Assembly: GCA_965223665.1 (NCBI GenBank)
Contig: OZ245011.1
Span: 1,280,001-1,344,000, forward strand
Length of the DNA: 64,000 nucleotides
Direction of reading: 5' to 3'
Source of the DNA: Nitrospinaceae bacterium
GTDB taxonomy: Bacteria; Nitrospinota; Nitrospinia; Nitrospinales; Nitrospinaceae
The position numbers and the translations under genes were made by a program. Positions 28,543-39,585 of this stretch are shown here, piece after piece. A model generated the notes under the pieces. That model was not told the DNA's origin and ran no database searches. It saw only the letters and a program-made list of their open reading frames with translations. Each line of letters begins with the position of its first letter. Positions within the stretch are counted from its first letter, which is position 1.

Positions 28543-29016
28543 TTAGAATAAAAAAGGTTTGAACAACATTAAAAAAAAGATGAGACCCACTGCAGGAAAT
28601 GCGGCCACCCCCAACCAAAACCATTGCCTTTCATACTCCCAATATTTTACAGGTAATTCTTCCTGGTGTTCTTTAAAAGCATGACTTGCTAACTTTTTCA
28701 TTTTCCATTGCAAAACGAAAGCCGCCAACCAACAAACACCGGCCACAACATATAAGAACAAAGATAATAATATCCACGATGCAAAATATGCAAAACCTCC
28801 CATTTGGATCAAATGATACCCAGTCCAAGGAACAATAAAAACCGTAGGCACAGTAAACAGAAAATCTGCTAAAAGGACGTTCCTACAGGCAAAATGTATA
28901 ACTGCTAAATTACGACTGACATTCGCACGATAAAACCAAAAAGCAGTTCCCAGACCAGTCCCCAAAAGAATTATCACAGATAAAATATGAACAAATTTAA
29001 GCCAGAAATAAGTCAT
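28543..29016 (-). CDS. DUF2269-like integral membrane protein
   Basis: LK.VHILS...LLGTG.GTAF, AD.LFT.P, W.WLG..AF, LM.FKP. Confidence 0.8.
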   Translation of the reverse strand: MTYFWLKFVHILSVIILLGTGLGTAFWFYRANVSRNLAVIHFACRNVLLADFLFTVPTVFIVPWTGYHLIQMGGFAYFASWILLSLFLYVVAGVCWLAAFVLQWKMKKLASHAFKEHQEELPVKYWEYERQWFWLGVAAFPAVGLIFFLMLFKPFLF

Positions 29017-29125
29017 AATTTTTTAATTTTATAGGATGTGACTTCAATTATGTTGTTTTTATTCACTTTTTCCTTAGTTGACATTAAATTGTTTCCACAC
29101 CCTTTCTATGGTAAATAAGTAAATT

Positions 29126-30658
29126 ATGATATCTCGTGTATTCAGTGGAGCCGTAATGGGCATCGAGGGTTACCTGGTGGAAGTGGAGGTCAACCTGACA
29201 AATCATGTTCCCGGAATGTCCATTGTCGGTCTTCCGGATGCGGCAGTTCGAGAAAGTAGTGACCGTGTCGAAGCGGCAATAAGAAACACTTTACAAACGA
29301 TGCCGCTTTATAAAATCACGGTAAACTTAGCTCCTGCCAATATCAAAAAAGAAGGTTCTGCTTTTGATCTTCCCATCGCCATTGGAATATTAGCGGCTGA
29401 TGGATTAATTGAAAAAAATAAACTATCTCAACTCATGATACTTGGAGAGCTTTCTCTGGATGGACGTATACGTCCAATAAAGGGGGCATTGTCTATTGCC
29501 GCACAGGCAAGAGATCAAGGTTTTGAGGGAATTTTGCTGCCACAAGAAAACGCAGCAGAGGCGGCTGTTGTAGAAGGTTTAAAAGTTTACCCGGTAAACG
29601 ATCTTCCTTCAGCTATTTCTTTTTTAAACGGAGAAACTGAAATCGCTCCGAAAATTTCTGATCCTGAAAAAGATTTTTCCGATTATTCCAGTTACGACAT
29701 TGATTTCACAGATGTCAAAGGACAGCATCATGTAAAACGAACATTAGAAATTGCTGCCGCAGGAGGACACAATATTATTTTAATAGGTCCACCCGGTAGT
29801 GGAAAGTCCATGCTCGCTAAAAGGGTCCCTACCATATTACCTTCGCTCACATTAGAAGAGGCCATTGAATCCACAAAAATTCACAGTGTGATGGGATATT
29901 TAGATAACGGCTGTGGATTATTAAGTACGCGGGTGTTTCGGTCGCCACACCATACTATTTCAGATGCAGGTTTAATTGGGGGAGGCAAATTTCCTATGCC
30001 GGGTGAAGTATCGCTGGCACACAATGGAGTATTATTTCTGGACGAATTACCCGAGTTTAAGCGCAATGCATTAGAGGTTTTACGACAACCCCTTGAAGAT
30101 GGAAAAGTTTCTATTTCCCGGGCCGCAGGCTCTATCACCTACCCCACTCACTTTATGTTGGTGGCTGCCATGAATCCCTGCCCTTGCGGTTACCGAACTG
30201 ACCGCAAACGGGAGTGCCAATGTAATCCTCTTCAAATAAAAAAGTATGTTTCAAGAATTTCTGGGCCTCTCTTAGATCGCATTGATCTTCATGTTGAGGT
30301 CCCCTCTGTGGAATATAAAGATCTTTCTTCAAATTCCATTGGCGAGCCCTCGAATACTATTCGGGAAAGAGTAGAAGAAGCTCGCCAAATCCAATTACAA
30401 CGATTTATCTTAACGAAAACGTTTTTTAATTCGCGAATGAACACGAAACAGCTACAAAAATTTTGTCAATTGGACGAGCCTTCTCAAAAAATTATGTCCT
30501 TAGCTATTGATAAACTGGGATTGAGCGCGCGCGCCCATGATCGAATACTTAAAGTTTCACGTACTATTGCCGACCTGGAAAAATCTGATCAAATTTTGCC
30601 AGAATATGTTGCTGAGGCTATTCAATATCGTTCATTAGATAGAGAAAGTTTTTTCTAA
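29126..30658 (+). CDS. comM: YifB/ComM Mg-chelatase-like AAA+ ATPase
   Basis: VGLPD.AVRES, ITVNLAPA..KKEG..FDLPIA, GPPGSGKSMLA, RSPHH, GEVSLAHNGVLFLDE, AMNPCPCG. Confidence 0.93.
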   Translation: MISRVFSGAVMGIEGYLVEVEVNLTNHVPGMSIVGLPDAAVRESSDRVEAAIRNTLQTMPLYKITVNLAPANIKKEGSAFDLPIAIGILAADGLIEKNKLSQLMILGELSLDGRIRPIKGALSIAAQARDQGFEGILLPQENAAEAAVVEGLKVYPVNDLPSAISFLNGETEIAPKISDPEKDFSDYSSYDIDFTDVKGQHHVKRTLEIAAAGGHNIILIGPPGSGKSMLAKRVPTILPSLTLEEAIESTKIHSVMGYLDNGCGLLSTRVFRSPHHTISDAGLIGGGKFPMPGEVSLAHNGVLFLDELPEFKRNALEVLRQPLEDGKVSISRAAGSITYPTHFMLVAAMNPCPCGYRTDRKRECQCNPLQIKKYVSRISGPLLDRIDLHVEVPSVEYKDLSSNSIGEPSNTIRERVEEARQIQLQRFILTKTFFNSRMNTKQLQKFCQLDEPSQKIMSLAIDKLGLSARAHDRILKVSRTIADLEKSDQILPEYVAEAIQYRSLDRESFF

Positions 30659-31956
30659 AGAATAATTTCGAAGCGTAATCCCAAAAACAAAACATCTTCA
30701 AAGTTTGGGTTGAGCCCCGGGTTAAGGAACCATTGCAAATCGGGTTGAATGGAGAGCCAAGGCTCTAAGACAAATTCATATGTGAGCTCCATCACAATTT
30801 CCTCGTTTTCCAATGGGGCACCTGCCTGACGACTGGCTTTTAATAGAGAGTCGCCAGCCCAACCGGATGAAATAGCAAGACCTGCGCGATCTTTATTCCT
30901 AAAAGAAAAAAGTCCTGTATAAACTATGCCTCCCGAAATATTAAGATCAAACCTGGCTGAATTTGTATCTGCATTCCCCACACGAAAAAAAACATCTAGA
31001 CCCTGGTCGGAGTTTTTACTTTCTGAATAAAGCCTTAAATCAAAAAAACCATAAACTCCATATCGTCCACGCTTTAAAATGGGATTTCCACTTGTATCCC
31101 GTAAGAATCGGTCTGGAATATTAGTACTATATATCCATGCACCTATACCAATGTGGAATCGTGGGAACTGAGACCCTTTTGTTTTATATCCCATTTCATT
31201 GGCAAATAACAATCCGTCATCCTGGTCCAACACCACTTGAGTTCCATGGGGATTATCCGGATCACCTGGAATTCCATCTACGATTGCGGATTGAATATAA
31301 AATTTACCTAATTCTAGTTTGAATCTAACACCTAAAGCACTAACAGCATAAATAGCCGGACCTTGAACCGTTGCATCCGACAAATCCAGCCCCGTTCCAA
31401 AAACTCCGTTGACAAAAAAGTTTGCCGTTTCTTTAAAGTCAAACTCAGTATCCAGAGAATAAAGACCCAATTTAATTGAAAATGAATTGCTAAAAAGAAA
31501 TTGTTCTAACCAAGCTTCAAAAAGCTTGGCTGTATCTGTTGCCTCAAGGTTACTAACCGTTTGACTTGTTTGTATGGACACAGAAGGATCTGTACTAAAA
31601 GTAGCAAATCCCAGAAATAAAAAATGGGCTCCTTTCCAACCCATTAGTTTTTCAGCATTGATATTCAACTCACCATGTATGTATCCAGTAAAATCGCCTC
31701 TCCGCTTTTGGTTCCCAAAAAAGTTAGCAAAAGTATCTCCATATATTTCAATAAGAAAATCAAACCCTTGATCGTGAAGCCAGGTTCGATTTCCATCCCA
31801 ATTTCCTGTCAGCGTTTCTTGGGTATAGTACTCTCTGGGAAGAGGCTCACGGGGATCCAACCTATGCGCATCCACAACTTCAACCGAGTAGAACGTTAGA
31901 TTTGCATGTAGAAATAATAAGAAATAGAAAAATTTGGGGAGGATGAAATGCCTCAT
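30655..31956 (-). CDS. OprB-family carbohydrate-selective porin
   Basis: LTGNW.G.R..L...G, SNLEA, E.VMELTY...L.PWLSIQPDLQW..NPG, terminal GLRFEI. Confidence 0.85.
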   Translation of the reverse strand: MRHFILPKFFYFLLFLHANLTFYSVEVVDAHRLDPREPLPREYYTQETLTGNWDGNRTWLHDQGFDFLIEIYGDTFANFFGNQKRRGDFTGYIHGELNINAEKLMGWKGAHFLFLGFATFSTDPSVSIQTSQTVSNLEATDTAKLFEAWLEQFLFSNSFSIKLGLYSLDTEFDFKETANFFVNGVFGTGLDLSDATVQGPAIYAVSALGVRFKLELGKFYIQSAIVDGIPGDPDNPHGTQVVLDQDDGLLFANEMGYKTKGSQFPRFHIGIGAWIYSTNIPDRFLRDTSGNPILKRGRYGVYGFFDLRLYSESKNSDQGLDVFFRVGNADTNSARFDLNISGGIVYTGLFSFRNKDRAGLAISSGWAGDSLLKASRQAGAPLENEEIVMELTYEFVLEPWLSIQPDLQWFLNPGLNPNFEDVLFLGLRFEIIL

Positions 31957-32234
31957 CTTTTCATTCTAACTCATTGATTTTTCAAAATAAAACTTGAAAC
32001 TGCATTGCAAAAAAATTATATTTCATATTTTTTAACCTAAGTGGGAATATAATTTTTTGTCTCTACCTAAAGATTTATTGTTTTTTTTCAAGAAAGACCC
32101 AAAATTAAAAAAAAATTTTGGTACCGTCCGTTTTTTTAATAGAATGAGGCCTATCAAAAGGCGGGACTCATAAAACCAATGGTCCCTGAACATCATCAAC
32201 AGTATTTTCTTAATAACCTACAAAGGAGCCACTT

Positions 32235-32585
32235 ATGAAGGAATCTATTAACCATGGACTTTTTGCGATTGTGATGAGCCTGATAATTGTATTACCTAGT
32301 ATAGTGGCAGCTGAACCAGCTAAAGATGTTGAAGCAGGGTGTGGAACAATTCAAGAATTAGATGATAAAAACCTTTGTAGGGCGTTTGAAATCGAAAAAA
32401 CCAGAACTGACGAGCAAAGAAAAAATCGTTATCAAAATAAAGACCATAGCACCTATTATTGTTCAATAATTAAAAATAGGGATAAGCAAACTTTTTGTTT
32501 TGCCGTGGTTGGTAGAAACAAGACCCAGTGTGGGTTAATAATTGATGCTAACTTAGAAAAAGAATGTAATTCAAAATTGAATTAA
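32235..32585 (+). CDS. Small secreted Cys-rich hypothetical protein
   Basis: RBS AAGGAG; signal peptide; six Cys in three C..I...C units. Confidence 0.75.
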   Translation: MKESINHGLFAIVMSLIIVLPSIVAAEPAKDVEAGCGTIQELDDKNLCRAFEIEKTRTDEQRKNRYQNKDHSTYYCSIIKNRDKQTFCFAVVGRNKTQCGLIIDANLEKECNSKLN

Positions 32586-32926
32586 ATTAGTTTCACCTTC
32601 TCCATGGTTTGAAATTTAATTTATTCTTTATTTTAAGTCTAAATTTAAAACCCCAAGTATTTCAACGACGGGCTAATTGATTAAACTTTATTTTTCAATA
32701 GGTTACGGAGTGCATAAATATTCTATAACTGTCTAGCATTTTCTTGCTTCCAACGCTTTCCAGTATTTTTCGTCCCCTCTTTTATCTGAACTTCGGTTTT
32801 AAATTCAACTTTTTTAAAATTTACTATTTAGAGTTTCCTAATCCCTTTAGAAAAAATAATTTTATACTGGATTTTAATCTCAGATTTTTATATAAAATTA
32901 TTGAAACAATATGAAAGAATATAATT

Positions 32927-33460
32927 ATGGAAACCTGGGATAATCAAAAAATACAAGGATATTGCCAAGAAGCCCTTGAAATTGCTGAGGAATATGGAGT
33001 GCAAGAGGGTCTTGCTTTTTTAATTGGAGAAAAGCTTTTTTCTTTAATGCAAGAATTGAAAACTGCAGAGTCTCATGTGAAATTTCTTTATAATGTGGAC
33101 GATCAAGGCAATATGGATAATATGATGGAAGGTGGAAACCCTGCTTACCGGGAAAGCTATACCATTGCTCTTCAAACCACCTATCAAAAATCATTTGAGA
33201 AAATAGAAGACTTAAAAAGACATGTAATAGATTTTAAAGAAGAAATTAGAGAAATTTTTGAACTTTCTGATATTGAAGAGTACTTAAACTCCTACCCAAG
33301 AATGGGCCAAAAAATTCAACCCCTTTACCAAGAGGACTTATTAAATCAAGAAGAAACCGACGGATTTAATGACATTGATGATGTATTGTTAGAAGTCGAT
33401 GATATATTTACGGTAGAGGAAATGAAAAGAATTTTGGTCAATAACGAGACAATGAATTAA
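32927..33460 (+). CDS. Hypothetical acidic protein
   Basis: 177-aa ORF with typical composition; no motif recognised. Confidence 0.65.
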   Translation: METWDNQKIQGYCQEALEIAEEYGVQEGLAFLIGEKLFSLMQELKTAESHVKFLYNVDDQGNMDNMMEGGNPAYRESYTIALQTTYQKSFEKIEDLKRHVIDFKEEIREIFELSDIEEYLNSYPRMGQKIQPLYQEDLLNQEETDGFNDIDDVLLEVDDIFTVEEMKRILVNNETMN

Positions 33461-33507
33461 GTGTGTCCACTTAGGTTTCCTCTCAAGTATTTGTCACGGA
33501 ACCATCT

Positions 33508-33666
33508 ATGAGGAAACTCAACCAAAAAACTCGATTTATTATCGCCTTCGTTATTCTTTGTGCTGTGACAGTTGGCATTTTATTTACCGGACCAGAATTT
33601 AATTTTGCTCTCCAGGTTATTTTAACCTCTCTACTCTTGTTTTTTCTATTTTGGCTTGTTACCTAA
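33508..33666 (+). CDS. Small 2-TM membrane protein (52 aa; not in ORF track)
   Basis: MRKLNQKTRFIIAFVILCAVTVGILFTGPEFNFALQVILTSLLLFFLFWLVT; GGA upstream; fills an intergenic gap. Confidence 0.6.
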   Translation: MRKLNQKTRFIIAFVILCAVTVGILFTGPEFNFALQVILTSLLLFFLFWLVT

Positions 33667-33725
33667 CTCAAAATATTTGGTTAAGAATCACCCTGATATA
33701 AGTTTTTCTCTTCAATCCAATAAAT

Positions 33726-34283
33726 TTATTTTAATAACAAATTAACTACTGCAACTCCAATTGCAAAAATTGAGATTCCCAAAGCAATCATTGCTATTTG
33801 CTTTATTGAAATCAACCTTTGGTCCGTTTCTGATTTAAAACCCTTCAAAGATTCTTCAATCTGATTCTTCAGTTTATTTTCTATTTGTTTCTCAATTTCC
33901 CTCAAGGGTTCAACTAAATTTTCCTTTATTTGACTATCCAATTCATTCAATAATTTTTGATTTAAAGTTTCCGATTTTTTTTCAATTTCTTCTTGGACAA
34001 CCAATACAGCGTCATTCTTCCAGAGATCCATTTGTTTTTTAATTACATCTAATTGATCCTGGATTATTCCCTTAAGTTTTGGCTCAATATTCTCCTGTAC
34101 TCGCTCCAGCATATCTCGAGCATTTTGAATGGCCTCATGTAAACTTTCTTCAATTTCCTCCTCTAGAGCATTTTTTCTGGATTCTACATGCTCTGAAAGA
34201 ATTTCGGTTTTCTCCTTTAAATCCGCCAATACCTTTAAGGTTTGTCGCGCTCGCTGTTCCTCTTCAGGGGAAAATTGTGTCAT
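33726..34283 (-). CDS. Coiled-coil protein with C-terminal TM anchor
   Basis: E/K/Q-rich heptads and terminal hydrophobic helix; AAGGA RBS. Confidence 0.75.
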   Translation of the reverse strand: MTQFSPEEEQRARQTLKVLADLKEKTEILSEHVESRKNALEEEIEESLHEAIQNARDMLERVQENIEPKLKGIIQDQLDVIKKQMDLWKNDAVLVVQEEIEKKSETLNQKLLNELDSQIKENLVEPLREIEKQIENKLKNQIEESLKGFKSETDQRLISIKQIAMIALGISIFAIGVAVVNLLLK

Positions 34284-34391
34284 AAATGCATTCCTTGTAA
34301 AAACAATTCATTTTCTTAATAAGATGATAAATATTTAAATGGATTTCAGATTTTAACGTTATTTTTTTGAGTTACTCAAAAAACCTCAACC

Positions 34392-34420
34392 TTGACTTCA
34401 TAAATTCAGAACGGTACAGT
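34392..34420 (+). promoter_or_regulatory. Candidate sigma70 promoter for xerC-hslVU
   Basis: TTGACT, 17 nt, TACAGT. Confidence 0.5.
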
Positions 34421-34450
34421 GTAATTATTTAAAACTCAAAGGGTTAGGGC

Positions 34451-35392
34451 TTGGAAACATTTATTGAAAAATTTAAAATTTACCTGATTGCAGAAAAAAA
34501 CGCATCTAAAAATACGGTTTCAGCTTATTTGACGGATTTAAGTCAATTCAATATTTTCCTAAAAGACTCCGGCCATGCCTGTGATATGGATGGAAATATA
34601 GAAATTTCCAAAATTGATCGCATTGCATTACGATCCTACCTGGCTTCATTAAATAAAGAATCAATTTCTCCAATAAGCCAGGCACGAAAACTATCTGCCA
34701 TAAGTTCATTCTTGAATTTTCTTTGCCGTGAAGGATTTCTTAGCAATAATATTGCGAAAACAATTCCAATTCCACCTAAACCCAAAAAACTTCCAAGATA
34801 TCTCACAGTCGATGAAATTTTTAAACTTTTAAAAATTCCTAATAAAAAGACCTTTATTAGTACTCGTGACAAAGCAATATTAGAAACATTTTATTCTACG
34901 GGGATGAGAATTAGCGAATTGGCTCAACTATCTCTTTCTGATCTCTCTCTAGAAAGAGGTTTTACTAAGGTATTAGGGAAAGGCAGAAAAGAACGTGTTT
35001 TGCCAATAGGGAAAAAAGCTTTAAATGCAATAAAAGAATATATTTTATTTAGAGAAGAATTACTTAAAGAAAAAAAAATTACTACCCCCCCAACTACAAT
35101 TTTCTTGAATACCCGTGCGGCAGGATTAACTACTCGGGGATTGCGCAAAGTTATGCAAAAATATTTAAATCATTTCCAAAGAGGACTTTCCCCGCATTCT
35201 TTAAGGCATTCCTTCGCTACCCATTTATTGGATAGCGGGGCCGATTTACGATCCATTCAGGAAATGCTTGGGCACGCAAGCTTGTCCACAACTCAAAAGT
35301 ATACTCATGTCACGGTGGATCGCCTCATCGAAACTTATGAGAAATCCCACCCCAGGTCAAAAACTGAGGATGAGATTTCCGAAAAACCATGA
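34451..35392 (+). CDS. xerC: Tyrosine recombinase XerC
   Basis: RDKAILE.FYSTGMRISEL, GKGRKER, PHSLRHSFATH, LGHASLSTTQKY; xerC-hslVU context; TTG start. Confidence 0.88.
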   Translation: METFIEKFKIYLIAEKNASKNTVSAYLTDLSQFNIFLKDSGHACDMDGNIEISKIDRIALRSYLASLNKESISPISQARKLSAISSFLNFLCREGFLSNNIAKTIPIPPKPKKLPRYLTVDEIFKLLKIPNKKTFISTRDKAILETFYSTGMRISELAQLSLSDLSLERGFTKVLGKGRKERVLPIGKKALNAIKEYILFREELLKEKKITTPPTTIFLNTRAAGLTTRGLRKVMQKYLNHFQRGLSPHSLRHSFATHLLDSGADLRSIQEMLGHASLSTTQKYTHVTVDRLIETYEKSHPRSKTEDEISEKP

Positions 35393-35464
35393 TAAAAATA
35401 AGATTAATAGGTTACTCACTTTAAAAACAAATCCAATTTTTTACAATAGCATCAAAATAAGCTT

Positions 35465-36007
35465 ATGACTGAAAATCACAAAATTCACGGGACTACTATT
35501 TTAGTTGTCCGGCACAAAGGAAAGGTTGCAATGGCTGGCGACGGACAAGTTACCCTGGGCCACACAGTAATGAAACATTCGGCCAGCAAAGTTCGACGAA
35601 TGTACCACGATAAAATAATTGGTGGTTTTGCAGGTGCAACGGCGGATGCCTTTTCTCTTTTTTCAAGGTTTGAAGAAAAACTGGAAAAATTTAACGGCAA
35701 CCTTTCCCGTTCCGCTGTGGAACTTGCAAAAGATTGGCGGACCGACAAATTGCTTAGAAGACTAGAGGCAATGCTTTTGGTGGCCGATAAAAATAATTCA
35801 TATGTTATTTCAGGAACAGGTGATGTTGTGGAACCGGATGATGGAATTGTTGGAATTGGTTCCGGAGGAATGTACGCACAAGCTGCAGCAAAAGCCTTAG
35901 TTAAGCATTCTAATTTAGAAGCTGTCCAGATTGTTGAAGAAGCCATGAATGTAGCCCAATCAATTTGTATATATACCAATTCTCACCTAACACTTGAGGA
36001 GTTGTAA
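35465..36007 (+). CDS. hslV: ATP-dependent protease peptidase subunit HslV
   Basis: [37 protein letters not shown]. Confidence 0.97.
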   Translation: MTENHKIHGTTILVVRHKGKVAMAGDGQVTLGHTVMKHSASKVRRMYHDKIIGGFAGATADAFSLFSRFEEKLEKFNGNLSRSAVELAKDWRTDKLLRRLEAMLLVADKNNSYVISGTGDVVEPDDGIVGIGSGGMYAQAAAKALVKHSNLEAVQIVEEAMNVAQSICIYTNSHLTLEEL

Positions 36008-36009
36008 AA

Positions 36010-37428
36010 ATGGAAGAATCAACCCTGAAACTTTCTCCTCCCAAAAAAAGCAATCGAGAAGAATTGATGGAAAAGCTGACCCCAAAACAGATTGTTCGGG
36101 AACTGGATAACTATATTGTTGGACAGAATAAGGCAAAACGAGCGGTGGCCATTGCACTTCGAAACCGCTGGCGTCGTCAACAACTACCTGCCGAATTAAG
36201 AGATGAGGTGGCTCCAAAAAATATTCTTATGATAGGACCAACGGGTGTAGGAAAAACAGAAATTGCACGAAGGTTGGCAAAGTTAGCTAAATCTCCTTTC
36301 ATTAAAGTAGAAGCATCAAAATACACTGAAGTCGGCTACGTAGGAAGGGACGTTGAGTCCATGATACGGGACTTAGTTGAGTTATCTCGTGGAATCGTTA
36401 AACAGGAGATGGAAACCTCTGTACAGGAAAAAGCAAAAAAGGAAGCCGAGGAACGTATATTGGATATATTGCTACCACCTCACCCAAGCCATCAATCAGC
36501 CGGCCAACCAGGAAATGAAGGAGCCACTTTGGGTAAACAACACTATGATGAAACTCGAGAAAAGTTTCGTCGTTACCTTCATGAAGGAGCTCTGGACGAA
36601 AGAGAAGTTGAATTAGAAATTCAAGAAAAATCCGGTCCGATGTTTGAGGTGGTATCTCAACCAGGTATGGAAGAGATGGACAACAATATTAAAGACATGT
36701 TGGGTAATTTTTTACCCAAACGTAAAAAAAGAAAAAAACTTAAAGTTCCACAAGCAATGCAAATTTTAACTCAGGAAGAGGCTGACAAACTTGTGGACCC
36801 TGATAAAGTCATCCAAGAAGCTTTAGAACGAGCAGAACAAAATGGAATTATTTTTATAGATGAGGTTGATAAAATTACGGGTCGCCAAGGGGGTATGCAA
36901 GGGCCTGATGTGTCCAGAGAAGGGGTTCAACGTGACTTATTACCCATCGTAGAAGGATCTTCTATTAACACAAAATATGGCATCGTTAAAACAGATCACA
37001 TTTTATTTATCTCCGCTGGAGCATTCCATTCAGCCAAACCTTCTGATTTAATTCCGGAGTTTCAGGGCCGATTTCCGATTCGCGTAGAACTGGAATCACT
37101 TACCCAAAAGGATTTTTTTCGGATTTTAACCGAACCCGACAATGCACTTATTAAGCAATACGTTGCACTGTTAAAAACCGAAGGAGTAGATTTAAACGTT
37201 GACGAAAGTGCTATTCGTGAAATTGCTCAAATGTCTGCCGAGGTCAATGAGCGAACAGAAAATATCGGTGCAAGAAGACTCCAAACGGTTTTAGAAAAAT
37301 TGTTAGAGGAAGTATCTTTTGAAGCCTCCGACTTAGAAGACAAAAAAGTTCATATAAACTCAAATTATGTTCAAGAAAAATTAAAAAACATTATCGAGAA
37401 CGAAGATTTAAGCCGTTACATTCTATAA
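36010..37428 (+). CDS. hslU: ATP-dependent protease ATPase subunit HslU
   Basis: [49 protein letters not shown]. Confidence 0.97.
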   Translation: MEESTLKLSPPKKSNREELMEKLTPKQIVRELDNYIVGQNKAKRAVAIALRNRWRRQQLPAELRDEVAPKNILMIGPTGVGKTEIARRLAKLAKSPFIKVEASKYTEVGYVGRDVESMIRDLVELSRGIVKQEMETSVQEKAKKEAEERILDILLPPHPSHQSAGQPGNEGATLGKQHYDETREKFRRYLHEGALDEREVELEIQEKSGPMFEVVSQPGMEEMDNNIKDMLGNFLPKRKKRKKLKVPQAMQILTQEEADKLVDPDKVIQEALERAEQNGIIFIDEVDKITGRQGGMQGPDVSREGVQRDLLPIVEGSSINTKYGIVKTDHILFISAGAFHSAKPSDLIPEFQGRFPIRVELESLTQKDFFRILTEPDNALIKQYVALLKTEGVDLNVDESAIREIAQMSAEVNERTENIGARRLQTVLEKLLEEVSFEASDLEDKKVHINSNYVQEKLKNIIENEDLSRYIL

Positions 37429-37434
37429 TTACCC

Positions 37435-38319
37435 ATGAAACAAAGTATTCAAAAAGCTGAAATTTTAATTGAAGCACTTCCCTTTATTAAACGCTTTTAC
37501 GACAAAACCATTGTCATTAAGTATGGAGGTAATGCAATGGTGTCGGAAGAGTTAAAGAATAACTTTGCGCTGGATGTAGTGATGATGAAATATATCGGTA
37601 TCAATCCAGTAATTGTTCATGGGGGTGGTCCTCAGATAGGTAAAACCCTTGAAGTTTTTGGAATTCAATCTAAATTCATTGACGGACAAAGAGTTACCAG
37701 TGAAGAAATGATTGATATTATAGAAATGGTACTGGGAGGAAAAATCAATCAAGATATAGTCTCTCTAATTAATTCACATGGAGGAAATGCTGTTGGCATT
37801 ACTGGAAAAGATGGGGGTTTAATTCAAGCAAAACGATTCCGTGCCAAAAAAAAATCTCCTGAAACGAATCGCCCTGAAATCATCGATCTTGGATTAGTCG
37901 GTGATATAACAAATATTAATTCCAGCATACTCCACACATTAGATCATGCTGAATTTATTCCGGTAATTGCACCTATAGGCCAAGGGGAAAAAGGAGAGAC
38001 CCTGAACATCAATGCCGATTTTGTTGCATCAAAAATTGCTTCCGCATTAAAAGCTGAAAAGCTGTTACTGATGACCGATATTGAAGGAGTAAAGGGTAAA
38101 GATAAAAAGTTGATTTCAGGGTTGAACCATAAACAAGCTCAAAATTTGATTAAAACAAAAGTTATAAAAGACGGAATGGTTCCCAAAGTAAAATGCTGCC
38201 TGGATGCTTTGAAAGCTGGTGTTCAAAAAACCCACATTATTGATGGGCGCATAAAACATGCAATCCTTCTAGAAATGTTCACCAAAGAAGGAATTGGAAC
38301 ACAAATTGTGGAAAAATGA
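37435..38319 (+). CDS. argB: Acetylglutamate kinase
   Basis: VIKYGGNAM, VHGGGPQI, NINAD, GMVPK, HIIDGR. Confidence 0.96.
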   Translation: MKQSIQKAEILIEALPFIKRFYDKTIVIKYGGNAMVSEELKNNFALDVVMMKYIGINPVIVHGGGPQIGKTLEVFGIQSKFIDGQRVTSEEMIDIIEMVLGGKINQDIVSLINSHGGNAVGITGKDGGLIQAKRFRAKKKSPETNRPEIIDLGLVGDITNINSSILHTLDHAEFIPVIAPIGQGEKGETLNINADFVASKIASALKAEKLLLMTDIEGVKGKDKKLISGLNHKQAQNLIKTKVIKDGMVPKVKCCLDALKAGVQKTHIIDGRIKHAILLEMFTKEGIGTQIVEK

Positions 38320-38445
38320 AGCCCTCCCTTTCGTATCTATTTTCCAACCAAATTCTTAAAAAATGTTGAGTTTTTTCTAAAAAATTTGATTAATCATTCA
38401 TAATTATATAAAAATTACCGAATAAATTAAGATGGGCAACATCTG

Positions 38446-38474
38446 TTGACAATACCTCCTGTCATTGATAGGTT
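38446..38474 (+). promoter_or_regulatory. Sigma70-like promoter of hrcA with TGACA-N8-TGTCA inverted repeat
   Basis: TTGACA, 17 nt, TAGGTT with extended TG; no CIRCE seen. Confidence 0.55.
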
Positions 38475-38515
38475 AAAAAAATGAGAACATCGGTAAATTT
38501 TTATTTAATCAGCCT

Positions 38516-39571
38516 ATGAACGCAAAACTTTTGGATCCTAGATCTCGTACCATTTTGCTGGAGACTATAAATGATTATGTCACTACAGCGGAACCTGTTG
38601 GGTCCAGGACTCTTGCAAAAAAATTATCTGAAAGATGGAGCTCAGCAACAATAAGGAATGTAATGGCAGATTTAGAGGAAATGGGTTTTCTATACCAACC
38701 CCATGTTTCCGCCGGAAGAATTCCTACAGATAAAGGCTACCGTTATTTTGTCAATGAGCTCTTACAATTGCATTCTTTGACAGCGGAAAAAAACACCATT
38801 TTGGAAAATAGTACTTCAGATTTTAAGGATGATGAAAGCTTAGCTGCCTTCTTGGGTGCTGCGTGTACTCAATTATCAAAGAATGCCAGTCAAACCAGCT
38901 TGGTAATGGTTCCCACTTTTAGTAATCTCCCTTTGAAACATATTGAATTTGTTCAGGTAAATAACAAACAAATTCTAGCAGTGTTTGTTTCACAAATTGG
39001 AATCATTCAAAATAGAATAATTGAATCTCAGGAAGACTATTCAGCAGAAAAGTTAGCTTCTATCTCGAAATATTTATCCTCCGAATTCACCGGACAGTCA
39101 TTGGATTCTATTCGTAATGAATTAGTCGAGCGAATGAAAAATGAAAGAGAACACTATAGCCAACTAATGAAAAAAGCAGCAGAACTTTGGGAAAAAGCTA
39201 CGGTAAAATCGAGAGGAGAAGACAAATTATTGATCGAAGGTTTAAATCATCTTCTTTCTCCACCAGAATTAGCTGCTAATTTAGATAAAATGAAAGCTCT
39301 GTTTAAAACGGTTGAGGAAAAAGATAAATTGATAAAACTATTGGATCTTTGTACTCAAAAAAATGGGATGTCCATTGTAATTGGTCAGGAAAACTCTGAA
39401 GAAGAAATGCAAGGATGCAGCTTGATTGCCCAAAACTATCAAGTGGGAGATCATACTATGGGAACCCTTGCTGTTTTTGGTCCTAAACGGATGGACTACC
39501 ATAAAATGATCAATCTGGTAAATTCAACAGCTAACAACATATCCGAATTTCTTTCAAAAAAATCGCACTAG
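38516..39571 (+). CDS. hrcA: Heat-inducible transcription repressor HrcA
   Basis: EPVGSRTL, SSATIRNVMADLEE.G.L.QPH.SAGRIPTDKGYR, GPKRMDY. Confidence 0.96.
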   Translation: MNAKLLDPRSRTILLETINDYVTTAEPVGSRTLAKKLSERWSSATIRNVMADLEEMGFLYQPHVSAGRIPTDKGYRYFVNELLQLHSLTAEKNTILENSTSDFKDDESLAAFLGAACTQLSKNASQTSLVMVPTFSNLPLKHIEFVQVNNKQILAVFVSQIGIIQNRIIESQEDYSAEKLASISKYLSSEFTGQSLDSIRNELVERMKNEREHYSQLMKKAAELWEKATVKSRGEDKLLIEGLNHLLSPPELAANLDKMKALFKTVEEKDKLIKLLDLCTQKNGMSIVIGQENSEEEMQGCSLIAQNYQVGDHTMGTLAVFGPKRMDYHKMINLVNSTANNISEFLSKKSH

Positions 39572-39585
39572 GAAAACCAATCATA

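Noticed and set aside
27646-29016. Pentapeptide proteins as Qnr/MfpA-type self-resistance for the ATP-grasp operon
   Set aside because: Short generic A(D/N)Lxx proteins separated from the operon by about 200 nt; only co-orientation supports a link
34451-35392. Tyrosine recombinase as an integrase of a mobile element
   Set aside because: XerC-like sequence in the housekeeping xerC-hslV-hslU context; no att repeats, tRNA or cargo; no dif-like site spotted
35485-35979. 164-aa antisense ORF over hslV, and similar antisense ORFs elsewhere (e.g. 10304-10726, 22094-22504)
   Set aside because: Fully overlap well-supported genes; typical antisense shadows with no motifs
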